A stretch of 64,000 bases of DNA from Amoebidium appalachense (lineage: Eukaryota; Protista; Ichthyosporea). The position numbers and the translations under genes were made by a program. The notes beneath the pieces were generated by a model, which saw nothing but the letters and a program-made list of their open reading frames with translations, did not search any database and had not been told where the DNA came from. The stretch lies in the NCBI GenBank assembly GCA_963693365.1, contig CAVNZM010000009.1:9281408-9345407 (forward strand), given 5' to 3'. Below, piece by piece: positions 1 through 13,721 of the stretch. Every line of letters starts with the position of its first letter. The stretch's first letter is position 1.

Positions 1-685
1 TTCCCTCTCAGATCTCTACCAAGACAGACACCCATTTGTTCCATCTATAGAACACACCACCACCATCGTGCACATTGCCTACTACGACTACGATCCTAGG
101 TATACAAGCATGTGCACACAGATGTAAAAGCACGAACGTAGAAGCATGGACGCAGAAAAAGTTTTTTTAATACACAACACCTGCGCAAGTGTATACAGAC
201 ATCTTGGGCACGAGGGCACCCATACACGTGTGTGCGCGCACACTCACACACACGTGCGCATACACACACACACACACACCCGCACACACACACGTTTTAT
301 CTACTGTATTTTTAACAACATAATGTGTTCTTGACCTTAGTCAGGTTGTGTGTATTCTTTTACACTTGTACCCACACCCACATCACCGAAAGACAAATAC
401 GCCCAAACACACACGACCCCCCCTCCCGTCCAACCATGCGCGCGTGCACGCACATGCACACACACACACACACACAAACACAGTAAGCCAACACTACAGG
501 TAGCCACACAAGGCTTTAACCCCTCCCCTCACCACCTCCACTGCAATGTATTTTCCACCATGGATGAGTGCACTTCTTACTCTGTTACACATGCTAACCC
601 GCCCACACACACACACACCACCACCACTCTACGCTTCTCCGTCCCCCTTATCCTTTCCCTTCCCCCTCCTTCTCCAATGTACACA

Positions 686-730
<45 letters not shown>

Positions 731-734
731 ACAG

Positions 735-1526
735 GCTTGTGAACAACTATGAGATAGCAGATGGGCACAGTGTACCCCGGCAGTCTGTCTTTGAACACTA
801 TGAGGAGTCATGCCGCCTTCTAGGCCAAGACCCAATCAACAATGCCACGTTTGGAAAACTGATCCGCGCGGTGTTTCCAAGCCTAAAAACACGCCGCTTG
901 GGCACCCGAGGACACTCAAAGGTGTGTGTATTGTTGGATGTTTGGCATGAAATTTTGTTTCTTTGTATTGAATGGAAGAAATGCAGGATGACCATAAGCT
1001 CTTAACTTTGGTTGTTTTTGCCTTTTGTTTGTGGATGGGTGGATGTGTGTGAGGAGGAATGGGTGGTATTGATGCTATAAGGTGGTTGGGAGCAATTGAA
1101 GCAAAATGAGATTCTTCATAAGTCTGTCTATCAGTCTATCACTCACATTGGAATCGATGCTGTGCACCGATGCGGTTCATTTCAGCATTAGTTGTCCTGT
1201 CAATCTGGAGAACTAGAGGTATTAAGATAAAGTCATCGTGTGTGTGGAGGTGGGGGGGGGGAGGGGGGGGGGGGGGGGGGGATAGGTTGTGTGCGTGTAT
1301 GTGTTGATGTTGTGTAGGTGTGTATTTGTGGCAGTTGGGGTGATGCACATGCTCATGTATCCACACAGTACCACTACTACGGCATCCGGAGAAGAGCAAC
1401 ACCAAAAGTTGACGCAGCTGGTGGCCAGGCGGGCCACCCACAAGACAGGTGTGTGTACGTGTATGTGTGTGTGTGTGTGTGTGGTTGGGTACGTGTGTTG
1501 TGTTTTTGGGTGGGTGGATGGGTGGT

Positions 1527-1564
<38 letters not shown>

Positions 1565-1720
1565 CTGGTTGTTTGGGTGGGTGATGGTATGTTTACCTGT
1601 AGTACAGTACGGGTAGTTGAGGCCTTTTTTGGCCAAGTGTTTTCTTTCTTTCTTTTACTTCCTTTCCTGTCTCTTCCATACCTTGGTGGTGGTGGTGGCT
1701 GGAAGAGAACGGGAGGGGGA

Positions 1721-1760
<40 letters not shown>

Positions 1761-2440
1761 GGGGGGACGATAGAAACCGAACTACAATCAGGTAGCACGT
1801 TGAGATGAAGGTTTATGATTATTTATTTATTTTTTCCCTTTTGGAAGGGGGGGGGGGGGGGGGGGGGAGGGGAATACGTGAAGTCTTTTAAAGTTTCAAT
1901 AGGGATGCTACAAAAAGTGTGAATGTTGCCGGAGGTATAGCCTGTGCGCTTATATATCACCTCTACGCCCATCCTCACCCCCTTCCCCCTCGCCCTGCGC
2001 GCCAACCCAACACACCATCATGACCACCACCACTCACATTCACTCTTACTCGTACTTACATGCCCCTCCCCCCCCCCCCCCCCCCCCCCCCTTCCCCCGC
2101 CACCACCACCACAGACAAATTGCTGCAGGCCCGCGTCCCGATCCCCCTAAATCTTCCGTTTTGGGCCCACAACCGGGTGCCCCCCAACCCAACCTGCCTC
2201 CCGGCAAAGAGCATAACCGGGCCAACCCGGTTCCCCTACCCGATAAGCCCATGCCATCCGGCCCTGCCCGGCCCATGCCCCACCATAGTCTCTTGGGCCC
2301 TTTCCCGGCAATCAACCCGCTCATACTGGCACCACACGTCGACTTGAGGTGGGTAGGAGTGTGTGTGTGTGTGTGGGGGGGGGGGGGGGGTATAAAAAAA
2401 TTGTTGGTTTAATGTGTTTTGATGAGAAGGCGGCAGAAGG

Positions 2441-2475
<35 letters not shown>

Positions 2476-3304
2476 CATGTTTAGGTTGGTGTCACCTGTT
2501 GGGGAGATATTCTATAAATATTCACCAGACATATACCAGGGGGGTTTACGCTGTTTACTCGAAGCATAGAGACCAGTCTCATATGTACAAGTGAAAATGT
2601 ATGGTTGGCTTTTGTTGACTCTTGTTGTGATGGCATTTGAGACTGGATATGAGGGGTTGCAATTTGATTTGTGAGAAAGATGGCAGAGAAAGTGTATTAG
2701 ACTCTGCGGGTGTTGGGGTGGGAATTTGAGGGGGATGGGGGAGGGGGGGGGGGGGGGGGGGGGGGGGGCTCAACGCTGAATTTGCGGATGTGCAGCCATG
2801 CCGGGCAGTTGCTGTGCAGCTATCGAGAACACTCCATGATGCTGGTCGACATGGCGGCCCACCACCAATTTGCGCAGGTACGTCTATGGCCCCCCCCACC
2901 CCCCCTTCCTACTGTGTAATGCGATTATTCCCCCCCCTCCCTCCCCCCTCCCCTCCTCTCCCCACCCGGGAAAGCAAGGGGGGCCATCCCTGGACAATGT
3001 GGTTTCTCCCATTGCCTAAACCTACCTATGCAATTCTTTAGAAAACGCCTGCTTGCACTAAAGCACCTAAGCATCACGTGCACGCACATGTTGTAGATTT
3101 ACACACGTATACACTGAAAACCTATGCACAGGTGTGCAGCATACCTGCACGTGGCCTCACACACGCATGGCCTCAAGCACTTCTTAGGTGACGTTAGTAA
3201 CCATTGTATCCCACTCTTTTTCGGGTTTTTTTTTTTTTTTTTTGGCAGTACCGCTCCCCCCCCTCCCCCCACCCCCTGCCCCCTCTTTCCCCTTCCCCAC
3301 ACGG

Positions 3305-3374
<70 letters not shown>

Positions 3375-3956
3375 ATGCGTGATGCCATGCTCCTCTACTG
3401 GCGGGCATGCCCTGGAAGGTACCAGCAGGCACTCAGCTGTGCACACGTGGCTGAGACCATGGGAAATTGGGACCGTGTCCTGTACAAGGTACGTGATTTT
3501 AAATTTTACATTAAGGGATGCACTTTATTGAACGAAGATGTATTTTTGACTATGCGACTATATTGGTTTTTGATGGAGAGGCATCAAGGAAATGACTAAA
3601 GGATTATATGTGAACACAAGTTTGCTACCCACCATTCTCTCTCCCCCCCCCCCCCCCCCCCTCTCCCCCTCCCCCTCCCCCCCCCCCCCCCCTTCACCCA
3701 CCACCACCACCACCACCACCTCTAGACTCGTCAGCCAATACGTCAAGGTCTCGTTTTGCTCCTTCAAGAAACCCCTCGCTCACCCACCTGCAAAGGGAAA
3801 GAAGGTGCAGTCAGTGATTAGCCTACAAATTCTTCGTTTAAAGACCCGATTTGGTAACAGCCTGTCGCTCAGTCCACTGTACTTCAAGAATAACTCCAAA
3901 CCCCTCCTCCCCCCTCCGGCCCCCTCCCCCCCCCCCCACATTCACACACAAACACA

Positions 3957-3993
<37 letters not shown>

Positions 3994-4569
3994 GCACACA
4001 CACATGCACGCATACACAAACACACGTGCACCCCCTTCCCCCCGCAACACACACACACTATGTATATGCACACACGTACAGGGCATGCTCCGTGCGCTTA
4101 TCCCTTGTGTCCTTCAACCCCTGCCTGCGGGTGCCAACAAGGCCATCCGCATGTTTGCACGTGAGCTTGAGGGAATACTGGCTGAGGGGTTGGATAGCAT
4201 CCATGCACCCCTATTGAGGACCGTCAAGCAGACTGGTGGGTGGTGCACAGTGTTCCGGAACACATTGTTCTGTAGTCACTGGATGGAGCGGGCTGTTCTG
4301 GAAAGTAGTGTTCTGTAATGGCTGGGTGACGCACACTTTTCTGGAACACTCTGTTCTGTATTTGAATGGAGCATGCTGTTCTGAATTACCAGGACAGGAA
4401 ATCGATGATAATAATATATGCAAATATCTTTTGGGTAGGAACTAACAGGATCCCCACGTCTTGCCCACCTCTTCAATGGTTTCTAGGTCGTGCTTTCCAT
4501 TTTGTTATTTTGTGTTCTGTATTTTATTCCAACAGAATGCCTTCTTCTCCCCTTTGTCCAGCTGCACAC

Positions 4570-4616
<47 letters not shown>

Positions 4617-4745
4617 GGCATACACACATGCACACGAAATCATAAACACAAAGCTCATCCCAGCTCCTTCTCCCCCTCCCCCCTCCCCTCCCCGCCCTTC
4701 ACCCCCCCTTCCCCCCCCTCACCTTCCCCCCCCCCCCCCCACACA

Positions 4746-4792
<47 letters not shown>

Positions 4793-5057
4793 GAGTGCAA
4801 GATATTTGTACGTGTGCTCATGCGGCAGACATCCCTCAACCACCTCTCCTCTGCTGCCCGTGGGCTCCTCAGTCAACCGCACACCAGCCAGAGTATGAGT
4901 GAGGACTGGGCAAGGATCGACTTCGGCAACTTAGCCTCACAGGCGGCAGCACTATGCAACTGCCCAAAGGAGTCGTTGGAACCTGGTGGGTGAATTCTAC
5001 CCCTCCAAAAACGCACACACAAAAGCGCACGCACACACACGCACGCACGCACGCACG

Positions 5058-5110
<53 letters not shown>

Positions 5111-5150
5111 GCACAAACGCATGCACACAAAAACGCACACACAAACACGT

Positions 5151-5204
<54 letters not shown>

Positions 5205-7209
5205 CCCCTCCTTCTCCCCCCGGCTCCCTCTCCTCTACCACACACACAAAGAAAGAGGCAGAGAGAGAACGAACCCCCCCCCCCCCCCTCACCCACTCAC
5301 CACCCCCACACACACACCCCTGGCCATTCGACCCCTCCCCGACCCCTGCTGACATTGGTAAAAATTCTCGTCTCTGATCAAGACGAATGACCCACCCACC
5401 AGCAAATGGATCGGTATCTGTGTTGGAACTCGAGCACCCCAGTGATTTTTTGTTTTTATTTTTATTTTTATTTTTTGTTTTTATTTTTGTTTTTTGTTTT
5501 TTTTTGGGGGGGGGGGGGGGGGGGGGGGGGGGCGGGGGGGGGGCCGGGGGGCATGGCTGTTATGCAGGAAGGACTTCTGCTCGAAAGATAATTAGACCAC
5601 TCACAATTTTAAAATAGGACAGCATGCATTTCTTGCACCAAGACAACTAACAATCGTGCATTGTCAGTGGGGAGAGAGATCGAATTTTTGCTCCAGCCAG
5701 AGACCACGGTTGAGATGTGGGCCGAATTTGTGAGCAGGACAGCAACAAAAATCCTGGGACCGGAAAATTCATCACAGCAATCGGTCGGGAGGAGAGCGCG
5801 CCAACTCCAACTCAAGTGGAGTTTCGTTTCCTCTCTCGTTCTGAGAGATCTCACGTTGCGAAGCAGTCCAAGTTTTGGTGCATTCCATCTGTTGAGACTG
5901 TTCTTGGAGGAGGTTTTGGCTGTGACACTAGAGGAGAAGGTGGGTTGTGCTTTTTTTTTTTTTTTTTTTTTGATATGTCTTCTCCCCCCCTCCAACCCCC
6001 CCACACACACACGCACACATGTCCCTTTTTTGACTGATCCCGCCCTCCCTCCTCCCCTGCATCTAAATTTCAATCTCGTCGCCTAACACCAACTAATTCG
6101 TTGATTTTCTGCTTCCCCCCCCCCCCCCCCTCTCCCTGCCCCCTCTCTCTCTCTCTCTCTCTCCCCCCCTGCCCCCCCTCCCCCTCCCCCCCCCCCCCCC
6201 CCCCGGGCCTCTCCACCTCCCCCCCCCCCCCCCCCCTTCTATCATGCCGCCCACCTACTCTACCGAAACCCACCCTTTTTTTACACCATTTGTTCTTGCC
6301 ACCTCTAAAATGTGCCTATTTTCATTTGCGCGCAGTCCCTAATACCCTCCCTCCCCTCTCTCCCTCCCCCTCCCTCCTCCCACCCCCTTCCCCCCTTCAG
6401 CAGAGGCTCTCGAAGGCTTTCTCTTGGTTTGTAGATTTTACTCGTATCCCTCTCTCTCCCTTCAACCTGAATACTAACCTCTCCCCCCTCCCCCCACCCC
6501 ACCAACCTACCCCACTCTCCCCTCAGGCACCCACCACCACCCAGGAATCCGAGGCTCTAGCCACAGCTCTTGGCCCAGACTTCTCCACCCTAGCCGACCT
6601 CTCCCTCCCCCACTCACCCCCCCACCTGCTCGTGTCTGCCTCCGAGTCTTTCACGGGCATGGTCCCTGCCCCATCTCCGTTCGTGGGTGATCTGCTACCC
6701 TTTGGTACGTGTCTCTTCCAAACCCCCCCCCCCCCCCCCACCCCAACCTCACCACCACCACCACTAAGGGTCTGTTTTGCGGTTGTGTTTTTGCTGTGTG
6801 AGAGTTATGTACTGCGCTACCTTTTTCGCGTGTCTGTGTACTCCGTGCTGTGTAGTTATCTGACACATGCACCCACCCATCGTGCCCCCTCTTCGCCGCT
6901 CACCCTCTCCTCTCCCCCCCCCCCCCCCCTCCTCTCTCTCTTTCCCCCCTCCCCCTCCACCCTCAAAAAAAGAAGAAGAAGCAACAAAGAGAGTATGTGT
7001 GGGTGTGGGTGGGTTGGTGTGTGTGTGTGGATGTGCTAGAGAGAGCCCCCCTCCCTCCCCCCTCCTGGCCAAGGTTATTCATCAATAGGTTATCATGTTG
7101 CCAATCCCTAATGTATATTCGTCGTGAGATTATGTATGTGCCCTTTTGTATGGATGGTAGTGTTTGTGCTTCATTTTTGTTAGCACGTGCTTACTTTCTG
7201 TCTTCAAAG

Positions 7210-7247
<38 letters not shown>

Positions 7248-7535
7248 TAGCTACACCAAACCCTTTTTTTCTCTTTTTCTCCGCAACTTTTCGTTCAGAC
7301 ATCTGACACCCACCATTCCCTCCTCTCCCCTCCGCCCTCCCCCCCCCCCCCCCCCCCCCGGCCCCTGTGCACAGTCGACATTGATTCGAGTATCTTCTTC
7401 GACGGCATGTTTTCCCACCACGAGACAAGCAAAAGACCCCACCTCCCCGGGACCCCCCCTGCCCCCCAGAAGAAATTTCGACCCGACGGGGCTTTTAGGC
7501 CTGAAAACACGGCATTCACAGCGCGATGCAGTTAA
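735..7535 (+). CDS. RFX: RFX-family winged-helix transcription factor (multi-exon; N-terminal exons upstream or unresolved)
   Basis: GT-AG exons at about 735-921 ([22 protein letters not shown]...[28 protein letters not shown], the RFX DNA-binding domain), ~1360-1448 (YHYYGIR), ~2114-2348, 2796-2877 ([10 protein letters not shown]), 3375-3488, 4082-4235 ([21 protein letters not shown]), 4794-4985 ([20 protein letters not shown]), 5668-5939 ([30 protein letters not shown], dimerisation domain), 6527-6703 and 7374-7535 (TAA). Splice phases are consistent where checked. Confidence 0.95.
2528..2586 (+). repeat. Dispersed ~60-bp repeat, copy 1 (in an RFX intron)
   Basis: acatataccagggggtttacgctgtttactcgaagcatagagaccagtctca closely matches the reverse complement of ~25883-25942. 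Confidence 0.8.
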
Positions 7536-9257
7536 GGGTACTGCTAATGGGTTACCAAGTTAGGCTTTTATTGCCCCTTTTTGTGCTTGTGTGAGCTTGC
7601 TATTGTTGTGGATTGAACTTTATCATTGCTTTGTTGGGTCAAGACAAGGGGAAGGGGGAGGGGGGGGGGGGGGGGGGGCTATCACAAAATGACACAACCA
7701 CAGTAACATACTGTGTGCTCGATAGGGTTTTTGCTTGCAGGTTGACTCAATGCCTGCATCTACATGTGTCTGTCTATGTGCCCACAACGGGTGTTTGTGT
7801 CCTTGTGGCGGTGATGGTGGCGTTTGGGGGGGATAGGGGGATAGCACGAAGGCGGTAGGAATGCGGCCTAAGTATTGTAACTATTTGTGAACGTTACCAT
7901 ATATGGCAATCATGGTGTATAGTTTTGTGTGGTTTGATACTGGACTACACGAATGCTGGTGCAATAGCTGGCGTGACGATTTTGAACTAATGGTGTACAG
8001 CGCTGTACATAAACTGCTGATTTGCAACACCGCCTGATTTTGACCTATAAAATTTAAAATTGTGTAACGGATGATATATGTGGGTACCACCTATGTGCAT
8101 TAAGTTTTTCTGTGTTGTTTTTCCTCTTCTCTTTTTTTTTTGTTCTTTTTCTTTTTGTGTTTTGTTTGCTTTCTTTTGCATGTACATGTTTGTATTCTCA
8201 TACCACCTATCTTTATGTGATATGATTTGAACGGTCTATAACCGTTCAACACGAAAAAAGACACCCATGGCACGTAACCATCTGTACAGTCGGTTGTGTA
8301 GGCCATTTGGAGAGTACAGACAAACAGGGGGTGAATTACCATGTAGCTAATATATATTTGTTAGCGGGGTAAATGGAGTGACCCGGTCACCCAGAGTTTA
8401 TATACATGTACATAGGACAGACATGATCTTATTAATAAACAACAAATCCAGAGCAACATGATTATGATTTGGTGCTAGATTTATTTCTATAATGTATTCC
8501 TATTTACCTTACGATGCAAATGGCATGCGTGCTGGGTACAATCATGGGCAGACTTGGTCTGCTAATTTACATTATCTGTGGGCTGTAAAAAAAAAAACAG
8601 GGTTTAAAAGAAACGAATCGATGCTCCTAATAGTAGGTGAGTGTGTGAGGCAGTGGGGTGGGGTGGGTGGGCTGCATGCTTTCGGTTGGCTGCTTAAAAA
8701 TTACCCCCCTGCACCCCCCCCCCCCCCCCCCCCCCCCCTCCCCCGCCCAACCCACACACACAAATAAAAAGAGAGAGAGAGAGAAACTCAGAGAGAGAGA
8801 GAGAGACAAAGAGCGAGAGAGACGGAGGGATAGGGGGGGGGGGGAGAGAGAGAGAGAGGAGAGAGGGGGGGGGGGGGGGGAGGGGGAGAGAGAGGGACTG
8901 AGGGAGAGGAGGAGACAGGGTGGAGAGAGAGAGGGAGGGAGGGAGAGGGGGGGGGGGGGGGGGTTGGAGAGACAGAGAGAGAAAGAGAGAGAAAATGAAG
9001 CACGAACTGCTTGGAACCCACCTAAAGGCTGGTGGGTGAATGTGCTTGTGTGAGACTCGAGTGTGAGCGTCGTACGTTCGTGCAATGTTTGTGTGCATGT
9101 GTGCTCTTGCGTGCGTGTGTGCATGAGTATGTGTTATTCTTTATTTTTGTAAATTTGGTTTTTGTTTCTTTTCTTTTCTTTTCTTTTCTTTCCTTTTTCT
9201 TTTTCTTTTTCTTTTTCTTTCTTTTTTTCTTTCTTTTTTTTTCTTTTCTTTTCTTTT

Positions 9258-9318
<61 letters not shown>

Positions 9319-10009
9319 CTGCAGGACCTGTTGATGGGATGCTGCCAGCCAACTACAGCACCCAACTGGGTTGCTGCGAGTTGTACGCCCCAACAAACTC
9401 TGGCACCTGTCAAAAACCCCGGTGGGAAAAGTTTGGGGTGGGTCGGGTGGGTGGGGGGGAGGGGGGAGGGGGGTCATAGAACAAAAATTCAGTAACACAT
9501 AAATTTTCCTGCCATTGCAGCAATCTTATTGATTTCAGGGATACATTGGGCTATTTATTACGAGCAGTTACCTCAGCTGGTCATCAAAGAAAACGAATAA
9601 AAAGGGGCTGCCCGCAACAGGTATACATTTATATATATTTATATATAATATATAAATTTGTGTATATATTTATCATAGCCCGATATCGTCTCGCATATCG
9701 TGGCATATATATTGGGGCATACTGCAGCTGGGTGAGTTGCATATACTACAGTCAAGAGTGGCATAGGCTGTGCCGCTCTTGACCACGACACACGATACGG
9801 ATCATGGCATAGTCGGGCTCAGCGATGTTTGATTGGTCCGATATTGAACGTGTGTGGCACAGGCTGTGCCATTCTCGATCACGAGCCTTCAGCAACTTTC
9901 CCGGTGCAGAGCTTCAAAATGTAATATATGTATGTTTTATGTACCCGTTTATACTATATTAATATTACCTATATCCGATATTTCCATATAGTCATAATCT
10001 TTCAATATA

Positions 10010-10184
10010 TATTCACATATATTTACTAAATATATAATGATATTTACATATATTCATATATATTCATATATTTTCATATATTTTCACATATATTTACATA
10101 TATTTATATATATTTACATATACTATAGTATTTATATATATTTACATATATTTATATATATTTACATATATTTATATATATTTA
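10010..10184. repeat. AT-rich minisatellite (tatatttaca-like, ~10-bp unit)
   Basis: Tandem tatatttaca/tatattcata units, followed by a GGGTCAC-C-GTGACCC hairpin at ~10192-10207. Confidence 0.8.
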
Positions 10185-10299
10185 CCGGTTGCGGGTCACC
10201 GTGACCCCTTAGAAGGGAATTGAAAATGCATCATTTCAAAATTTCTGTATTGTGTTTACGGGATGCCGGGTTTGTACTACACAGTGGTTGCTATAGTCA

Positions 10300-11270
10300 C
10301 TGAGGCTAAAGCAAAAGGCAGTTGTAGATGCAAGTGAAGAAGGGAAAAAACGGTAAAAATCTGTCGACAAAATTACATTTTCAAACTGCGAAGCCGTCAG
10401 CAACATCCCCTGTAGTTCACCCTCCTCAGCCAGGTAGGAGTTCCCCTTAACGTCAGGTGTCCACTTGGGTGGGTGGATGGCGTTAGGTGGTATGGATGCC
10501 CCTTTGTATTTGTCGTCATCTATGAGCCGTGTGTTGGGGGGGTGTAGCGTTTGCCGAGCAAAGGGTGAACCCAGATCTGTGTGGGAGGTATACGTGTTCA
10601 TAAAAGGAAAATCAAAAAAATCGTTTTTGTAAAGGGAGCCTCTACGTAAGCAAGGAGAGAATGAGGGCCCATCTACATCGGCACGGGGGGAGAGGGGGAG
10701 GGGGAGGGGGGAGGGGATGAGCTTTAAGAGGGCCCACCAGGAAAGAGAAAGACTGAGCATAGCAACTTTCTAATTGAGTACCTACCTTCGTGTTTTTTGG
10801 TTTTGCCGAGCACCACACGGCCACATCAAAGTATGGCTGCCGTGTGAGAAAATCCATAAAAGTCATTAGGTGGGGACGATTCCACACAAAGTGCTTTTGA
10901 GCAAGACGGGTGGGTGGCTGCTCCTTAACCTAGAAAGGGGGGAAGAGTATTTGTTAGAAGAAGCATAGCACATTCCTTTGTGTGTTAATATTCCTATTTC
11001 TATTAAGTCATTGTGGGCATTTCCCTGGGATTAAACTTTATATGGTGAACGCACCATTCTCTTTATCCGCGATGTAAGATCATTAGAATAAATCATCGTT
11101 CTTTAAATCATCGCTTTTAAAAGCTACATGATACTTATCAAGGATAAATGTGGGACATGTCTTATTGCGAGTGATGTGCTATGTGATTGTGAAAACCTTC
11201 TTATTTTAACGAATGCTTTTTTATGTTGAGAGGGGAAAATGGAGGAAATGTTCAGGAAGAACCACCTTTT

Positions 11271-11338
<68 letters not shown>

Positions 11339-11430
11339 ATAATAAGGGGGAGGGGGAGATGGATTTCGAGGTACATACTGGGGCTCATAGTGGCCCGAGG
11401 AGTCCGAGGTGAGGGGGGAGAGGGTGGCGG

Positions 11431-11468
<38 letters not shown>

Positions 11469-11921
11469 CGGCCTCGGTGCCAAAGTCCTGCAATCCAATT
11501 TGAGAAACAGCAGTTCTCATTCTGGGAATTCGAAATCGAGGATGTCCATAATGTGATTTAGGGTATACGTATATCGTGCTCCTTTAATGTGGCAACAATT
11601 TTTCCACCCATGTGTGTAAGTGCATAATATCATGATTCGTGTATATACATGTGTGGTTAATTGAAAACCCAGCAATTGCCTGCTGTTTTTTCGGGCTTAA
11701 ATTTAAAGCACAAGCACAAGCACACAACTCGTAATTTGCACGTGGGGAATTCTTAGAACAGTTACTGTTGATCTCTTACACTGCTCTTGGTTATGGGCCA
11801 GGTCCTGTGAAGTAGAACCCCGTTGATGTCCAACACCACCAGCAGTTTTTGGTGCTCTCCAAAAGTGTTTCGTGTGTCGAGGTGGCTGGCCCACGGTGCA
11901 TGTGTGGAAGTGCTGAGACGT
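10300..11921 (-). CDS. FCP1-homology/NIF (CTD-phosphatase-like HAD) domain gene; ends uncertain, possibly degenerate
   Basis: Minus-strand exon 11921-11780 encodes KLLVVLDINGVLLHR. Exon 10929-10785 encodes FVWNRPHLMTFMDFL...FDVAVWCSAKPKNTK. The downstream segment from ~10577 encodes NTRLIDDDKYKGASIPPNAIHPPKW..LAEEGELQGML. These are the collinear NIF motifs. Confidence 0.8.
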
Positions 11922-11999
11922 CTGTGTGCAATACGTGCTAATTATATGCTGGAGAATGGTGGCCCTTCTTCTTATTATTTGCCAGTAGTGATTTTTTTT

Positions 12000-12030
<31 letters not shown>

Positions 12031-12467
12031 GGGAGGGTTGTTGTTGTTGTAGTTGTTGTTGTTGTTGTTGTTGTTGTTGTTCGGTTCTACGCTTCTTGTT
12101 TCAAACCGCCTATTCACCCGTTATATCGACGTATCATAGTCGCCGGTGAGGACAGATAAGCTCAGTGTTCAATAACTGTTCAAAAATACATGTTCACTTC
12201 CGGGACCCGGTAAACGGGGCTCTTAATACACATGCCCCCCCATATGCATAAGAATTCGGGGCTTCTCAGAGTCGTGAAAACGTGAATGTTGTGGCAGTGC
12301 CTACCCGATACAGCTGTTTTAGCTTCTACTGCGGTGGCATGCACAAATGCGCACTGGGGCATTGATTGCCTCCAGGTGTTGTTTTGCTTCACGTGGGCAA
12401 CACAGTAAATTCATTACCGGTGTATGTCTCACAGATGTCCCCAACATGCGTGCCGGGAGAATGTGGT

Positions 12468-13083
<616 letters not shown>

Positions 13084-13721
13084 TAGTATTTCCACACATC
13101 ATATAAATTTATTTGCAGTCACACATGTGGAGAGGCAAAGCTTCCGCACCCCAGCATTCGGCTACTACCAATTACCCAAGCGAAGGCACACACAGACACG
13201 CACACTTTATTATTGCAAGATCTGCTCCCTCCCTCCGGATCTGGTAATCGCCTGTACCAGGATAACTTTACCACATTCTTTTGGGAGCCACTGATGCGCG
13301 CAAATCCAATCAAATCGTTTTAGATGAGTGTACCCAATCAACAGATACGTTTACGAGCCTTTATTAGTACAATAAGTACAGTAGGAGCATCTAGGAGGGC
13401 TCTGGTGGATGAACCCCTGAGACTACTAGAATCCTTTTTTTGGGGGGTTTGACGCAAGATTGGAGCGATAAAAATTATCAAGTATTTCATATTGATAGCT
13501 TTCAATGCTAAAGCAATATCAATCACCTTTAACAGTGTTAAAAGAAATGGTATTTGTAAGTCGTGGTAAAAAAGAAATAATACTTTTTCCTGTCTAGGTT
13601 TACCTACAGTACCTACAGTACTGTCTACCTACAGTAGCAACTTCTAAGCACCCATCGTTCCATGTCGCTTGTCTGAAATCTCACCTCATCCCGAGGGGCC
13701 CATAAGACTCACTCCCAAAAA

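Noticed and set aside
11789-11802. GGTTATGGGCCAGG, resembling a copia half-tRNAiMet primer-binding site
   Set aside because: It lies inside the minus-strand NIF exon (TWPIT), with no adjacent LTR or gag.
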